Positions 36,398 through 48,989 of a stretch of DNA of 64,000 nucleotides are shown piece after piece. This DNA comes from Neophaeotheca triangularis. Lineage: Eukaryota. Positions within the stretch are counted from its first letter, which is position 1. Each line of letters begins with the position of its first letter. The DNA lies in NCBI GenBank assembly GCA_054600435.1, contig BAAIJX010000049.1:62001-126000 (forward strand). The letters run 5' to 3'. The notes beneath the pieces were generated by a model. It was not told where the DNA came from. It did not search any database and saw only the letters and a list, made by a program, of their open reading frames with translations. The position numbers were made by a program, and so were the translations under genes.

Positions 36398-39300
36398 ATG
36401 AGGCTCCTGATCGCCAATCTGGCGCTGAGCGCCGCTGCCGGGGTGAACGCTGCATCGTTCTACCCTAGAAGTGCTTCGCTTCTAGCAGCAAATGCTACTG
36501 CCAGCGGGCTCGACGATCCGGCGGTTGACCCAACCTGTCCGGCCGCTGAAACTATCGTCAGCACGTACACTGTCACTACTGGATTCGACTCCCGTCACGC
36601 TGCCGAGACCATTACTGAGTTTGAGACCGACGTAGAGACGGTTACAAGATACCTTTCCGCACCACCTGATGGCGCGAACGTCGTTACCACCACTATTGGA
36701 ACGGCAGACGACACGAGCGGATTCACTTCCCCTGCATCCACGGCAAAAGAGACTACGGCGCAAGAAATTGTTACCATCACGATCACAACCTCCGACTACG
36801 AGCTGCCAGTGACTACCGCCGTTCCATGGCACCACAACCCCTGGTACTGGGACTGGTGGCGTCAAAAGTGGTCTTGGAAGGGCGGCGAAGAGACGTCCAT
36901 CGTCACCCTCACCAGTATTGAAGTTCCCGTTACAAAGACACGCACTGAGGGCGAGGTCGTCACGACAACAATTACCACTTCTGGACAAGAACAAGAGTCC
37001 ACTCGTACCGTAGGAGAAGGTGGCGAAGTCGTTACGGAGACCGTCACAGTTACCGAGACTGACTTTCCCGTGTCGAAAACCCAGCCGACTGCCGGAGATG
37101 TAATCACGACAACGGTCTACCCCGAGCAGACCACCACATCCACAAGTGTGTACACTTCCAGCGCTGTCATCACCAGGACGATCACCGAGGACGGAACCAC
37201 GGGCATCGAAACGTCCACTGTGCAGCCCGGGGAGACCGTTACGACCACCATCACATCCTACGACCAGATCCCTACAACTTACAGTGTGCCTTCGGATTTC
37301 CCGGATGCGACCTCCTCGACCAGTGGCCCGCCAGGCGATGTATCTCCTCCTGATTCTAGTGAACCCCCCGTCTCTTACATAACCGTTACCACCGTAACCA
37401 GCGTGCCTAGAACGGTAGAGACGGCTACTGCGCCCGGAGAGACGGAGACGCAGATCTCGTACAGCTACACGACAATTACGACTACCGAGCAGGTGCCTGC
37501 CCCGACTGCGGCTCCAGGCGGTGATGACGGATCCAGCGAGCCCCCCGTCTCCTACACAACGGTTACCACTGTAACCAGCGTGCCTAGAACGGTAGAGACG
37601 GCTACTGCGCCCGGGGAGACGGAGACGCAGATCTCGTACAGCTACACGACTATTACGACTACCGATCAGGTGCCTGCCCCGACCGAAGCACCTCCCGGCG
37701 AACCATCCTCCGCGAGTTCTCTAGCCCCTCCATCGTTAGACCCCTCGTCGCCCAGCTCCTCGCAATCCTTCTCCCTCGCTCCAACATCTACCGCAAGCCA
37801 ACTGCCTCCGCCGTTTGGTAATTTCAGTAGCTCGGCTCCGGGATCTGCCTCTTCCAGCCTCACCGAGTCTTCTCCGCTGGTTTCATCCTCGTCTTCGCCC
37901 GATGGACCAGTGCTCGAGACGTTGACCTCTACTGTCTCAGATGTGACAGAGTCCGTTGTTGTGACCTCCTCCGACGGACCAGCGCTCGAAACTTTGACCT
38001 CAACTGCGCCAGCCCTGACATCCACAACCGGAGGAAGTGGACAGGAATTCATCACGCTGACTTCCTACACGGATGGCATTGAGGACTCTTTCATGACAAC
38101 ATTGCCACAGAACCCTTCTGCTACAGGGCCGCAAACCATCGTCGATTTTCGACCTCTGGCTTTCACAACTCTTACCACAACCGGAACCACCAACCAAGAT
38201 GGCCCCGTGACGACGACGCTACCCCCAGGCAGTATAGGCATGGGAACTCAGTCTGTAATCGTCGTGCTGCCCCCAGCTTCAACTTCGATTCCGCTAGAAT
38301 CTTCAACCACAGTGGAGGGACCAGTTCTGGTCACGTCGACCTCCTACACTGACGGGATTGAAGACCCCACCCTGACCACGTTGCCACAGGATCCTTCCGC
38401 AACTGGAACTCAGACTGTTGTTGACTACCGCCCTATCTTCACCACCACTTTCACAAGCACGGATACAGACCTCGATAACGGCCCCGTCACATCAACTCTG
38501 CCTCCCAGCAACACAGGCATGGGAACTCAATCGGTCGTGGTTATCGTTCCACCTCCTGTGACTTCGGGCTCATCTTCTTCCTCCTTGGCGCCGATCCCAA
38601 GCTCCTCAGACGCTATACCCCCAGTAATGACTTCTTCGGCAGCCCCACCAGTCTTTACTACGATCACAAGCTTTCCAACTACCCCCCAAGAAGGCACTCA
38701 AACATCGACGCTGCCTCCTGACAGCGCATCTACGGGGACTCAAACAGTGGTCATTATTCCACCTCCCGTCTCTTCGGTGCCGCCGTCTTCCTCCTCGGCG
38801 CCAATGTTATCCTCTTCGGCAGCCCCACCAGTCTTTACTACGATCACAAGCTTTCCAACTACCCCCCAAGAAGGCACTCAAACATCGACGCTGCCTCCTG
38901 ATAGCGCATCTACGGGGACTCAAACAGTGGTCATCATTCCACCCCCTGTGACTTCTGTGCCGCCAACTTCGTCCGTGACATCTTCGGACATTTTGCCAAC
39001 CACCTCTTCGGAACCTGAAATAGTCTTCACGACCACTACAGTCTTCCCGACTACGCCTCAGGACGGGCCGAGGACGTCAACGCTGCCAGGCAACGGAACC
39101 GACACCAGGACGGTGATTATATACGAGCCTCCAGTCACTTCGGTCTCTCCCACTACTTCCGGGCCAGCACCCTTCTCAACGATTACAACGACCGTTTCCA
39201 CGCCTCTGGAAAGCATCTATACCACTACGAGCTCACCCACAGGTAGTGCGTCAGGTCCACCGGTGGTGGTGGTCGTCGTGCCTGGACCTACCGCAACGAC

Positions 39301-42300
39301 TTCGTCGCTCGAGCCTCTTTCGACCAGCTCTGATGTTGCGCCCACGGCTTCCCCTAGCATTCTACCGCTTTCAACAATTACGTCAACCGTGACAACTCCC
39401 CAAGAGACCCCTACCACCATTACCAGCACACCCACAGGCAGCGCTTCCGGTCCGCCGGTGGTGGTGGTCCTCGTGCCCGGGCCGACCGCAACGACTTCGT
39501 CGCTCGAGCCTCTTTCGACAAGCTCTGATGTTACACCGACGACTTCCGAATCCGCCAGCGTTCCACCGCTTTCGACCATCACGTCAACCGTGTCAACACC
39601 TCAGGAGAGCACATTGACGACTACTAGCACGCCTACGGGAAGCGCATCTGGCCCACCAGTCGTAGTCGTCGTTGTCCCAGGGCCTACCACAGCCACTTCG
39701 CCAGAGCTTCCATCAATGAGCTCTTCCGTGGCGTCTATTTCGACCGATGTCCCTCCACTTTTGACCATCACGTCAACCGTGACAACACCTCAGGAGAGCA
39801 CATTCACGACTACTAGCACGCCTACAGGAAGCGCATCTGGCCCACCTGTCGTAGTCGTCGTTGTCCCAGGCCCAACCCTCACGACTTCGTCGCAGCCTGC
39901 GCTTGATACAATCACCACGACAGTGACAACACCTTTAGAAGACCCATATACGCTCACTAGTATACCTACGGGTACCGCATCGGGCCCACCAGTCGTGGTT
40001 GTGGTCGTCCCAGGTCCAACCATGACAACGTCTTCCCAACCCCTCCCTACAATAACGACAACCTCTTTCGATGACGTTCCGAGTCTCACTACATTTACAA
40101 TTCCACCCACCAACGGTGTCCCTGGCACAGAAGTCGTTATTAGGCCTTACAACTACGTCACTACGACCGCCTACCGACCCGATCTCGACAGCGCTACAAC
40201 CAATACCATCGAGCCTACCGGGAGTGCTAATGGCACCGTGGAAGTTTTGCTCCCTCAACGTACACAGACAATCACTAGCTATGTGAGCGATATTACGAGC
40301 CGGGCTACAAACACTGTCCCGGCTACTGGGGCCGTTAATGGCACTGTAGAGGTTTTGATTCCTCAGCGGACAGAGACAATCACGAGCTATGTCGACATCC
40401 CAAGCCGTATTACAAACACCATTGAGCCTTCCGGGTCCGTTAATGGCACTGTAGAGGTTTTGATTCCTCAGCGAACAGAGACAATTACGAGCTATGTCGA
40501 CATCCCAAGCCGCACGACAAACACCATTGAGCCTTCCGGGTCCGTTAATGGCACTGTAGAGGTTTTGATTCCTCAGCGAACAGAGACAATTACGAGCTAT
40601 GTCGACATCCCAAGCCGCACGACAAACACAATTGAGCCTTCCGGGTCCGTCAATGGTACTATCGAGGTTTTGATCCCGCAACGCACGCAGACCATCACGA
40701 GCTACGTGGATGACATTGCTAGCCGCACTACGAACACAATCGAGCCTTCAGGAAGTATCAACGGGACTGTCCAGGTCTTGATCCCACAGCGCACGCAAAC
40801 TATCACTAGTTATGTGGATGACATTGCTAGCCGTACGACAAACACTATCGAAGCCACCGGGAGTATTAACGGTACCGTAGAAGTTCTGATCCCGCAGCGC
40901 ACGCAAACTATCACCAGCTACGTCGATGACATTGCCAGCCGTACTACGAACACCATTGAAGCTACGGGGACTGTCAACGGTACCGTCGAGGTCTTGATCC
41001 CGCAGCGCACGCAAACTATTACCAGCTACGTCGATGACATTGCTAGCCGTACGACAAACACTATCGAAGCCACCGGCAGTATTAACGGTACTGTGGAAGT
41101 CTTGGTCCCGCAACGCACGGAAACCATTACTAGCTACGTCGATGACATTGCTAGCCGTACGACAAACACTATCGAAGCTAGCCAGAGCGTTAACGGCACA
41201 GTCGAAGTTCTGATCCCGCAGCGCACGGAAACTATCACTAGCTACGTCGATGACATTGCCAGCCGTACGACAAACACTATCGAAGCCACCGGGAGTATTA
41301 ACGGTACCGTGGAAGTTCTGATCCCGCAAAATACCGTCACCACAACGGCGTACCCGTCTGGACTTGAAAGCGCTACCACGAACACGATTCCGCCCTCGGG
41401 AAGCATCAATGGCACAGTAGAGATCCTGTTTCCGAGAACGACGGTGACATCAACAAGCGTAGGAACAGATGTTCCCAGCCTTACCACCACGACTGTCTCC
41501 CAGTCCGGCGAGGTCCCAGCGAGCGAGATCATCTTGTCGCCACCTAGCTTCGACACGATCACTAGCTATGTGAATACGCCAATCGGCAACGACAGCGCGG
41601 CGACGACGGTTCCATTCGAAGGCACAACGCCGGGGACCGTCATCACACGAGTCTTTGTTGGCTTTGTAACATCTACCGACTATGGGACTGCTACCGCGCC
41701 AGCGACTGCGACTTCGACCGAAGCTGAGCCATCTGGCACGCAAAGCGGCACCGTAGTAGTCTCCATTGACCCTGGCTACACTACGTCGACAAGCTGTGTC
41801 CCTGGCTCTGTCGCTTCCAACTTCACTACCACACTGCCGCCCACCGGATCTGCCGAGGGAACGGTCCTTGTAACGAGAACTCCAGGCGTGGAAACCATCA
41901 CCACTCAATATACTCCCGCTGTCGAGCAACCAGCGGATCTTGTGGTCACCAGCACTTCAGTGACGCCTACTGGTTGCCAGACAGGCACAATTGTCGAATC
42001 CTTCCCGGTATCACTTCCGACCGTGCCATGCTCGAGCAATGGTTACCTCAGTCAACAAAGAACGCTGTACTCCGTCGATGTCGACACAGGCGAGACGACC
42101 GAACTGATAACCCTTGACACTGAAGCCAGCATCAATGCCTTGGGATACAATGTCAGGGATGGACTACTTTACGCCTCTGTGCTCGGTGATAACAACCGAG
42201 TGATCAAATTAAATACTCTGGGGAATTGGGAGAATACAGGCGTAGCATTGGATGGTCCCTACACGTCGGGCGATGTTGATCTGGACGGATATATGTGGTT

Positions 42301-42760
42301 GGCCAGGGCCAACACCTTGACCGACGCGCCTTGGGTTCAGGTCAACCTGAACCCTGGAGAAGTGGGCATCGTCGATTCTGGTACTATGGACCCCGCATAT
42401 TTCTTCTACGACTGGGTGTTTGTTCCCAACACAGGTAACTACCTCTGGACGGTTGGGCCTGATCGTAACAATGAGGGTTTCACCTGGCTCCAGCGCTTCG
42501 ACAGAGGCACCAAGACGATTGAAACCATCGGCAACTATGGATTGGTTTACGATTCAAGCGCCGCCATTGGCGCCATGTATGCCGATGACGATGGCCACTT
42601 GGTGGCCAGCAGTAACCTGAGCGGCGAAATTTGGGAATTCGACATCCAGGAGTCGATCGGTCCTGAGAACGCTCGCCAACTCTCCCTCGGTCCTACCACT
42701 GGCTCCAACGACGGCGCCAGATGCGTACAAGCTGGCGCGTTCAGCTTGTTGAGAAGATGA
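36398..42760 (+). CDS. Large secreted Thr/Ser/Pro-rich tandem-repeat adhesin/flocculin-like protein with a C-terminal DUF6923-like domain (2120 aa)
   Basis: N-terminal signal-like peptide; several repeat families including ~11 x 35-36-aa TTNTIE(A/P)TGS(I/V)NGTVEVLIPQRT(Q/E)TITSYVDDIASR; C-terminal globular domain with GYLSQ, INALGYN and SNDGARC motifs. Confidence 0.88.
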   Translation: MRLLIANLALSAAAGVNAASFYPRSASLLAANATASGLDDPAVDPTCPAAETIVSTYTVTTGFDSRHAAETITEFETDVETVTRYLSAPPDGANVVTTTIGTADDTSGFTSPASTAKETTAQEIVTITITTSDYELPVTTAVPWHHNPWYWDWWRQKWSWKGGEETSIVTLTSIEVPVTKTRTEGEVVTTTITTSGQEQESTRTVGEGGEVVTETVTVTETDFPVSKTQPTAGDVITTTVYPEQTTTSTSVYTSSAVITRTITEDGTTGIETSTVQPGETVTTTITSYDQIPTTYSVPSDFPDATSSTSGPPGDVSPPDSSEPPVSYITVTTVTSVPRTVETATAPGETETQISYSYTTITTTEQVPAPTAAPGGDDGSSEPPVSYTTVTTVTSVPRTVETATAPGETETQISYSYTTITTTDQVPAPTEAPPGEPSSASSLAPPSLDPSSPSSSQSFSLAPTSTASQLPPPFGNFSSSAPGSASSSLTESSPLVSSSSSPDGPVLETLTSTVSDVTESVVVTSSDGPALETLTSTAPALTSTTGGSGQEFITLTSYTDGIEDSFMTTLPQNPSATGPQTIVDFRPLAFTTLTTTGTTNQDGPVTTTLPPGSIGMGTQSVIVVLPPASTSIPLESSTTVEGPVLVTSTSYTDGIEDPTLTTLPQDPSATGTQTVVDYRPIFTTTFTSTDTDLDNGPVTSTLPPSNTGMGTQSVVVIVPPPVTSGSSSSSLAPIPSSSDAIPPVMTSSAAPPVFTTITSFPTTPQEGTQTSTLPPDSASTGTQTVVIIPPPVSSVPPSSSSAPMLSSSAAPPVFTTITSFPTTPQEGTQTSTLPPDSASTGTQTVVIIPPPVTSVPPTSSVTSSDILPTTSSEPEIVFTTTTVFPTTPQDGPRTSTLPGNGTDTRTVIIYEPPVTSVSPTTSGPAPFSTITTTVSTPLESIYTTTSSPTGSASGPPVVVVVVPGPTATTSSLEPLSTSSDVAPTASPSILPLSTITSTVTTPQETPTTITSTPTGSASGPPVVVVLVPGPTATTSSLEPLSTSSDVTPTTSESASVPPLSTITSTVSTPQESTLTTTSTPTGSASGPPVVVVVVPGPTTATSPELPSMSSSVASISTDVPPLLTITSTVTTPQESTFTTTSTPTGSASGPPVVVVVVPGPTLTTSSQPALDTITTTVTTPLEDPYTLTSIPTGTASGPPVVVVVVPGPTMTTSSQPLPTITTTSFDDVPSLTTFTIPPTNGVPGTEVVIRPYNYVTTTAYRPDLDSATTNTIEPTGSANGTVEVLLPQRTQTITSYVSDITSRATNTVPATGAVNGTVEVLIPQRTETITSYVDIPSRITNTIEPSGSVNGTVEVLIPQRTETITSYVDIPSRTTNTIEPSGSVNGTVEVLIPQRTETITSYVDIPSRTTNTIEPSGSVNGTIEVLIPQRTQTITSYVDDIASRTTNTIEPSGSINGTVQVLIPQRTQTITSYVDDIASRTTNTIEATGSINGTVEVLIPQRTQTITSYVDDIASRTTNTIEATGTVNGTVEVLIPQRTQTITSYVDDIASRTTNTIEATGSINGTVEVLVPQRTETITSYVDDIASRTTNTIEASQSVNGTVEVLIPQRTETITSYVDDIASRTTNTIEATGSINGTVEVLIPQNTVTTTAYPSGLESATTNTIPPSGSINGTVEILFPRTTVTSTSVGTDVPSLTTTTVSQSGEVPASEIILSPPSFDTITSYVNTPIGNDSAATTVPFEGTTPGTVITRVFVGFVTSTDYGTATAPATATSTEAEPSGTQSGTVVVSIDPGYTTSTSCVPGSVASNFTTTLPPTGSAEGTVLVTRTPGVETITTQYTPAVEQPADLVVTSTSVTPTGCQTGTIVESFPVSLPTVPCSSNGYLSQQRTLYSVDVDTGETTELITLDTEASINALGYNVRDGLLYASVLGDNNRVIKLNTLGNWENTGVALDGPYTSGDVDLDGYMWLARANTLTDAPWVQVNLNPGEVGIVDSGTMDPAYFFYDWVFVPNTGNYLWTVGPDRNNEGFTWLQRFDRGTKTIETIGNYGLVYDSSAAIGAMYADDDGHLVASSNLSGEIWEFDIQESIGPENARQLSLGPTTGSNDGARCVQAGAFSLLRR
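40150..41440 (+). repeat. Coding tandem repeat, 105-108-bp unit, ~11-12 copies
   Basis: Visible in both DNA and translation; each unit has an N-G-T sequon. Confidence 0.9.
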
Positions 42761-43464
42761 GCGTCATCACTCACGGTCGAAGTTCATTCAACATAGAGCC
42801 TTGAGAGAACAGGAAGTTTGCCGTCCTCTTGGAAATGACGGCCAGCGTTTTGGTTTCGTTTTTCTTTTCTCTTCTCTTTTATTTATCCGCCGCAGACACT
42901 GGACATTTTTGTCTGAGTGTAATTCTGCATTCATCTCGGTCTTTTTCTTGCTACAAATGTATCTATCTATTCAGCTTATATAGTCCTTCTCTACAATTCT
43001 GCTTCCGTTCGATGCTGCCTCCTACACCAGCGAGTCCCCATCACTTTCGTCGAGGTATTCAAAAAAAAAAGAGGAAAGAAAGAGATTGAAGAAGGAAAAA
43101 AGGAAAAAAGCTGGACTAAACTTTTGGTATCTTGTACGGCTTGGACTAACGTTAAACATATAAATAGTAGTAAGGAAGACGTTGGACTGCTCGAACCTTT
43201 ACTCGAATCCGGACCCTTCAAATGGAATCAAGACCCCGCCGAAACGTCACTCGGTGCCCCACCAACACCACCACCGCAAACACTCCATTTGATTAATTCC
43301 ATTGGGACGACACTGTCCTTCCCATAACTTCAAGGTTATCTACTCACTCCTCGTCGTCCTTGCAAGATACCACTGCCACTCTTCTATCCCGCATTATCAT
43401 TTCCTACATCTCGTAGCACCTCAGTCTCTCACGCCTACATCCACAACCCATCCATATTCGCACT

Positions 43465-44567
43465 ATGGCTCCTCCAATTCCCTTCGCCGTCATCGGTAAG
43501 AAGACCCCAGAAGCTCGACCTCACGTCTTTCAACATAGTAACTAACTGCCCCAGGCACCGGCTGGATCACCGACTCCTGGATCACCGCCGCCCACAAATC
43601 CTCACAATGGCAACTCTCCGCCGTCTACTCTCGCACCGCCGAAACCGCCTCTTCCTTCGCCTCCAAACACAACTGCTCCAAAACCCACACCACCCTCGAA
43701 AGCCTCGCCTCCGACCCTTCAATAACAACAGTCTACATCGCCTCCCCTAACGCCTCCCATCACGCCCAAGCCAAGCAAATGCTCGTGGCCAAAAAACACG
43801 TCATCCTCGAAAAGCCCGCCACCTCCACCACAACCGAGCTCGCCGACCTCTTCACCATCGCCAACACCCACGGCGTCTTCCTCCTCGAAGCCTACCGACA
43901 CATCCAAGAAAGCAATTTCAAACTCCTCCGCCGCCTGCTCCACACCGACAAACTGCTCGGCCCCCTCCAAGGCGCATCCCTAACCTACGCCTCCTACAGC
44001 TCCCGCTACACGCCCGTCCTCAACAACACGCAACCACCACCTAACATCTTCAACCCGACCCACGGCGGCGGCAGCCTCGTCGACATCGGCGTCTACCCGC
44101 TCGCCTTTGCCTGCGGCCTCTTCGGCGCTCCCAAGTCCCAAACCTACGCGCCGCACATCTGCTCCACGGGCGTCGACGCAGGCGGGCCGCTACTCCTCCA
44201 CTACGACAACTTCGGCGTCAGCGTCAACAACAGCAAAGCTTACAATTCTACCGCGCCTTGCGAGATCTACGGCGAAAAGGGGACGCTGGTCGTCAATGCC
44301 ACGGCGGATATTAGTAGTATTCGGTTTTTGAGGTTTGGAGAAAAGGGAGAGGGGGAGGAGTTGGCCGGCCCCAAGAGGAGTGCTGAGAAGCCTAATGTTA
44401 ATATGGAGGAGGAGGCGGAGGAGTTTGCGCGGGTTTTGAATGAGGGGGATAGCAAGGCGGCTGCGGAGTTGGAGAGGTTGAGTCGTACTGTGTTGGAGAT
44501 TACGCAGGATTTGCGGAGGAAGAACGGGATTTTGTTCCCAGCTGATAGGAGGGAGTTGGGGTTGTAG
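43465..44567 (+). CDS. Gfo/Idh/MocA-family NAD(P)-dependent oxidoreductase (intron 43496-43554)
   Basis: MAPPIPFAVIG|TGWIT Rossmann start across a GTAAG...CTAAC...CAG intron; EKP, LLEAYRH and GGGSLVDIGVYP motifs. Confidence 0.92.
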
Positions 44568-45446
44568 GGAAGAGACGAAAAGGAGTAGTTGTGAATAGAA
44601 GTTGGAGGAGGCAAGAGGGGAGCGTGTATATACCTTCGCAATGTGTGAAATCGCAAGAATGATGCCCCTTTTCCATGGCTCGGCCCCGTGCTAACTAGCG
44701 TTGGCGTCCTTTGTTACTGGACACCCTCAAGTAAGTCCGCAGACTCCTCACCTGGCCTAATTCGTAGCCCCCCCCCCGGCCTGTTCATCGTCATGACTCC
44801 AAACACCTCGACCTAGCGCCAAGGTCGTTCACACCCGATCGCACAGCAAGCGTCCCTCTCCTACTCCAAACCGCCCCTTTACCCCAGACACCCTAGCATA
44901 CAGGACCCAAGCGAGCCCTGAGACAAACACTTCCATTCCGAGACCCTCTGGCCATGGGAATAGCGAATGAACTCTCCCTCCAAATAACCCAAACCCAAAC
45001 ATCGATAGCGAACGAAACGCAACGAAACGAGACCTGCTCGTGACCCAGATTTCGTTGAGAGTAGGAGCTGCTAGCCCCTCAGTGTGAGTATACACTGCCA
45101 TCGATTTTCCATCGCGTCGGTGGGTGGCCATCAGGGGGTAAGGGGTTCATCTGTTGTCGCTGGTAACCCGGTACATCTTTGTCGCGGGCAGAGAGGTGGA
45201 CGGCTTCCTTGAGATCTGCGGAGGGTGTGTCTGGACGCTGAGAAGGGAATGCTGGCGTCTCTTCTTCATTGCTTACCTTTCTTCTGCGTCCTTCCTGCCC
45301 GCGTGTTGTAAGGCGCGAGGTTTTCCCGCCTCTTACTCCGGAGTCGTCACTTCCCTCCGGAGTCTTCACTTCCCTTCTGGACATGGAGACGTCAGACCCG
45401 GTCGCCCAAAAACACCTGCAATCTGAGGGTCGAGCACTCTCTCGCG

Positions 45447-46657
45447 TCACTTGGTGCAAAGCCCCGGCCAATCTGTTAAACACGTCAGCGCCGCCCGTCC
45501 CCAATGCCTCTGAGTAAACCTAACCGAACCCAGCCAAAACCGGGTATTGAAAGTACTCACCAAACCTAGTTCTCTCGCGATTCCACCCCTCGACTCCCAC
45601 CTCATCCCCAACCCTCACTTCCAAACCCTCACTCCCCTCAGCGACAAAAGCGTACCGCCCGAAGACCGGACTCCACTTGGCCCCCTTATCGACCCGACGA
45701 TCGCTCATCATCTTCTTGAGCATTTTCCCCGCCTCGCCCTCTCCCGGCTTACCAGTGTCATAGTCGATATTAATGCTTTGGCAGCGATTACAGTTCTGTT
45801 CGCAATACAAAAGCACACCTCCATCCCCAGAATTCGAAGCTTTGATCCGCAACGACCCCCAGAAATCTTCTTCCCACGCCTCATCAGCGCCGGAAACGAT
45901 GATATTCGGCCGGAATTTCGAAATGTCAAATTCCTCTCCTTCCGGTAAACGGGTGTGGAGGGCGTGCATGGATTTCTCCGAAGCGATGAGGAAAGGGGCG
46001 CAATCGGCAAAGGTGATAGTAGGGGAGCTCTCTTCGGCCGTGTCGCTGGATAGATATCCGGTAGTTTTGGAAACAATGCTGGAGAGCCAGCCGCCACTGC
46101 CTGCGTTCGCCTGCGTTTCTTGCCGCCGCGTCGACATGAGTACTTCGCGCGTGTTGTCGCCTAGGTACGCTAGCACGACTTCGTAACCGAAACATTGCGA
46201 GAACCAGTCGTTTACATTGGCAGGCATGACGTGTGCTTTGGTGCCGCTGCCATGCATAATCACATCGATGACTTCCAAACCTCTGACATTGGGCTCGAGA
46301 TCGATGGGATAGGTTGTCTCCTCTTCGCCCAAAGGCCGGTAAGCGATATCAATGATTCCTCTGCTAGCGTTTCCGTCGGAGGAGGGTATGGAGATGGTGG
46401 GAAAGAAGAGAACCATTTTGGGATAGTAAGCTACGTGCATGTTTTTGTAGCTTGGGGGGCTGTCGGGAGAGTCGCGTTGAACTTGGAGTAGCATGAAGCG
46501 TCTGTCGTGCGTGAAGCCGTGTTTGGTTATTGTGGCGCGAGGGGGACATGTTGCCCGTAGGCCTGGGGGATGGTAGTGTTAGTCTGGTTGGTGTTTGAAG
46601 GGCGGTGGGGATTGTGGTACTTTTGATCGGGTACAGCATTAGGGTTTGGACTTGCAT
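45447..46657 (-). CDS. MOSC-domain (mARC/YcbX-like) protein, 3 exons
   Basis: LYPIK|SLR across an intron; DRRFML, FADCAP, FRPNIIV, EEDFW and CNRC motifs; second intron (GTGAGT...CTGAC...AG) followed by DWPGLCTK*. Confidence 0.9.
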
Positions 46658-47081
46658 GGTGAAACTCCTGGTTGTGGTGTGTAAGATAGGATGGTATGTA
46701 GATTTTCAGGGCTGTTCTGGGTATATAGCTGGTTGTCTCCAGGAAGTAAGGTCGAAAAGAAGACGGGAATGTGAGAGAGAGAGATATGAGGTTGATGCAT
46801 GTCGGATGTAAGGCGCAAAGCGGGGTGCATCCGAGTGAAGCTGATGAGGGATATTCATGACGGAACACATGCTTAGTCCCGTGAGTAAGGTAGTTAAGGG
46901 AAGGACATCATTGAATTCACCGCATAGTTAGGTTTCTCCAATCGGCTTCGATGAGGGTAGCTGGAAAGCAAAACAATCGGTTAAGACATACCTCATAAGA
47001 CGACGAACTCCAACCCATACCCTGTGCCTAGCCGATCATATATCAGTCTATACGTCTATCTGCCCACCCCTATCCATTCCC

Positions 47082-48958
47082 TTATAGAATAAGATAAAGG
47101 CTAGTCAAAAAGCTAGGCCCAACAAACAAGCCCAGCCAAAAGATGATGTTCCCCAAAACCGCCCTCCCCTTCAACAGTTTAGTCTTACTCAACATCACCA
47201 GCGGCATCTGCAACAGCTGCATCGTAAAAAGATACCCCCTAACCTTCTTAAACATCACCGCCATAACCAACTCATGCACCAACGCACTCAGCAGAAAAGT
47301 CACAAACGTCGCCGCCGTCTTGCTCAAATGAAAAGTCGAAATACTCGAATGATAGACATGTCTGAGCAGGAAGTTGTGGACCGGCCTGTTCCAGTCGCGC
47401 GCGTATTGATCCCAAGAGATGCTGTTCCACCAGTCGCCGTAAAAGCCTCTGTCGGCAAAACGCGTCAATTCGGCGAGGACGTTGAGCACGCACTCCCAGA
47501 TCAGATACCAAGTCAGGAGTTGCTCGAGGAGTAGCGGGAACAGCATGTCTGCCACGACGTAGGGGAACTCGGCCCAGCGCTCTTGCACTGTCATGCCGGC
47601 TTCTTTCATTGCGACGGTTTTGGCGACGGGCGGGTAGATGTAGGCTTGGCTGATGACCATCATGACGCATAGCACGCCGAAGGTTGCCGTGGTTTTTTCC
47701 GCTACGTACCACCAGTTTATACGGTCTTGACGGGGGTACTCGAGCTCGTAGGTAAGGGTGGGAAGGCAGGTCCATTCGGCGAAGTTGAAGAGGGTTAAGT
47801 TGTTGGGGTAGGCGTGTTCCGGGACGGTGGCTTTGCCTTGCAGTTCGTGGGTTAGGTCTTCGATGTCGCTTTCGATGATATCTTTGAAGGCTTGGAGTTG
47901 GGTACCGTCGAGCGAGCGGCCAGATTCTATGGCGGAAGCTACACTCGCTACGTCGGATTTTTCTTGCTTGAGGTTTGTCGAGGTTCGTATGCTCATTGAA
48001 GGGCGGCGTTGTTTCATTGAAGCTCGGCCTTCTCGGCCGGTTGTCATGGCTGAGGATTGGGGTGGTGATTTGGAGTCGACGGGACTTGTTGGCCGTGACA
48101 TGGATGTAGGGTCCAGGTGTTCTAGATCCTTCAACTTCTGTAACAACAGTCGTCTTCGGCGGTAGACTCCGGATAGATAGCCGTTGTAGAATGAGAAACT
48201 GTGCTGCTTCATCACGAAGACCAACGCATGCAGCACGGTGAAGATGGTATGCGTCCAAGGCCAGTCCCTATACCACGTCCACCAGTAGACCGTCGCCAGA
48301 TAAGCCGACTGCCATATGTTTTGTATTATCCATCCACTTTTCGCCCAGTTGACCCAGCCTTTTTTGACGGCTTTCTGGAAAAGCAAGCCTTCGGCTGTCA
48401 ACGCACACATCACCCCGTCGGTCAATCCAAGCACAAACACATCATGGCTAAACATCATCTTAGCGATTTGGTTCGGCCCAAGAATACTCCCATAGTCCCT
48501 CCAATTGTGCATTGCGACCCTTAGAAACATCAACACCATGGCCAGCCAGAACAGCGTGAAGAACCCAAAAAACTGACTTTCCGAAGACGCCGGGTTCTGT
48601 CGATCAAAAGTCGTAAACTGCCTGGTGAACACCAAATCTCGAAACCTAACCCTCGGTTTCTTATCCCCGTTCTGCATCTCCTCCCTCTCGACCCCCTTTC
48701 GCAGGATCTCTTTGATCTCCGGATCCTCCGCTGTGAGGATATACCGTCCTCTCTTGTCCGTCCTCTTAAGTTGCACCTGTATACTCCTTCTCCTCGCAGG
48801 GCTGTCCAGACCGTCATCAGATACCCCATTCGCCATGCCATCCAAACCCCCAATCTCAGGTTTCGGGTTGTTGATATCGGCGAGGCTCCTACGGTTAGCA
48901 ACCAGAGTGTCAGGGTCGAGCTCCATATCGTCGTAGTCTTCTACATCAGAGTCTTCTT

Positions 48959-48989
<31 letters not shown>

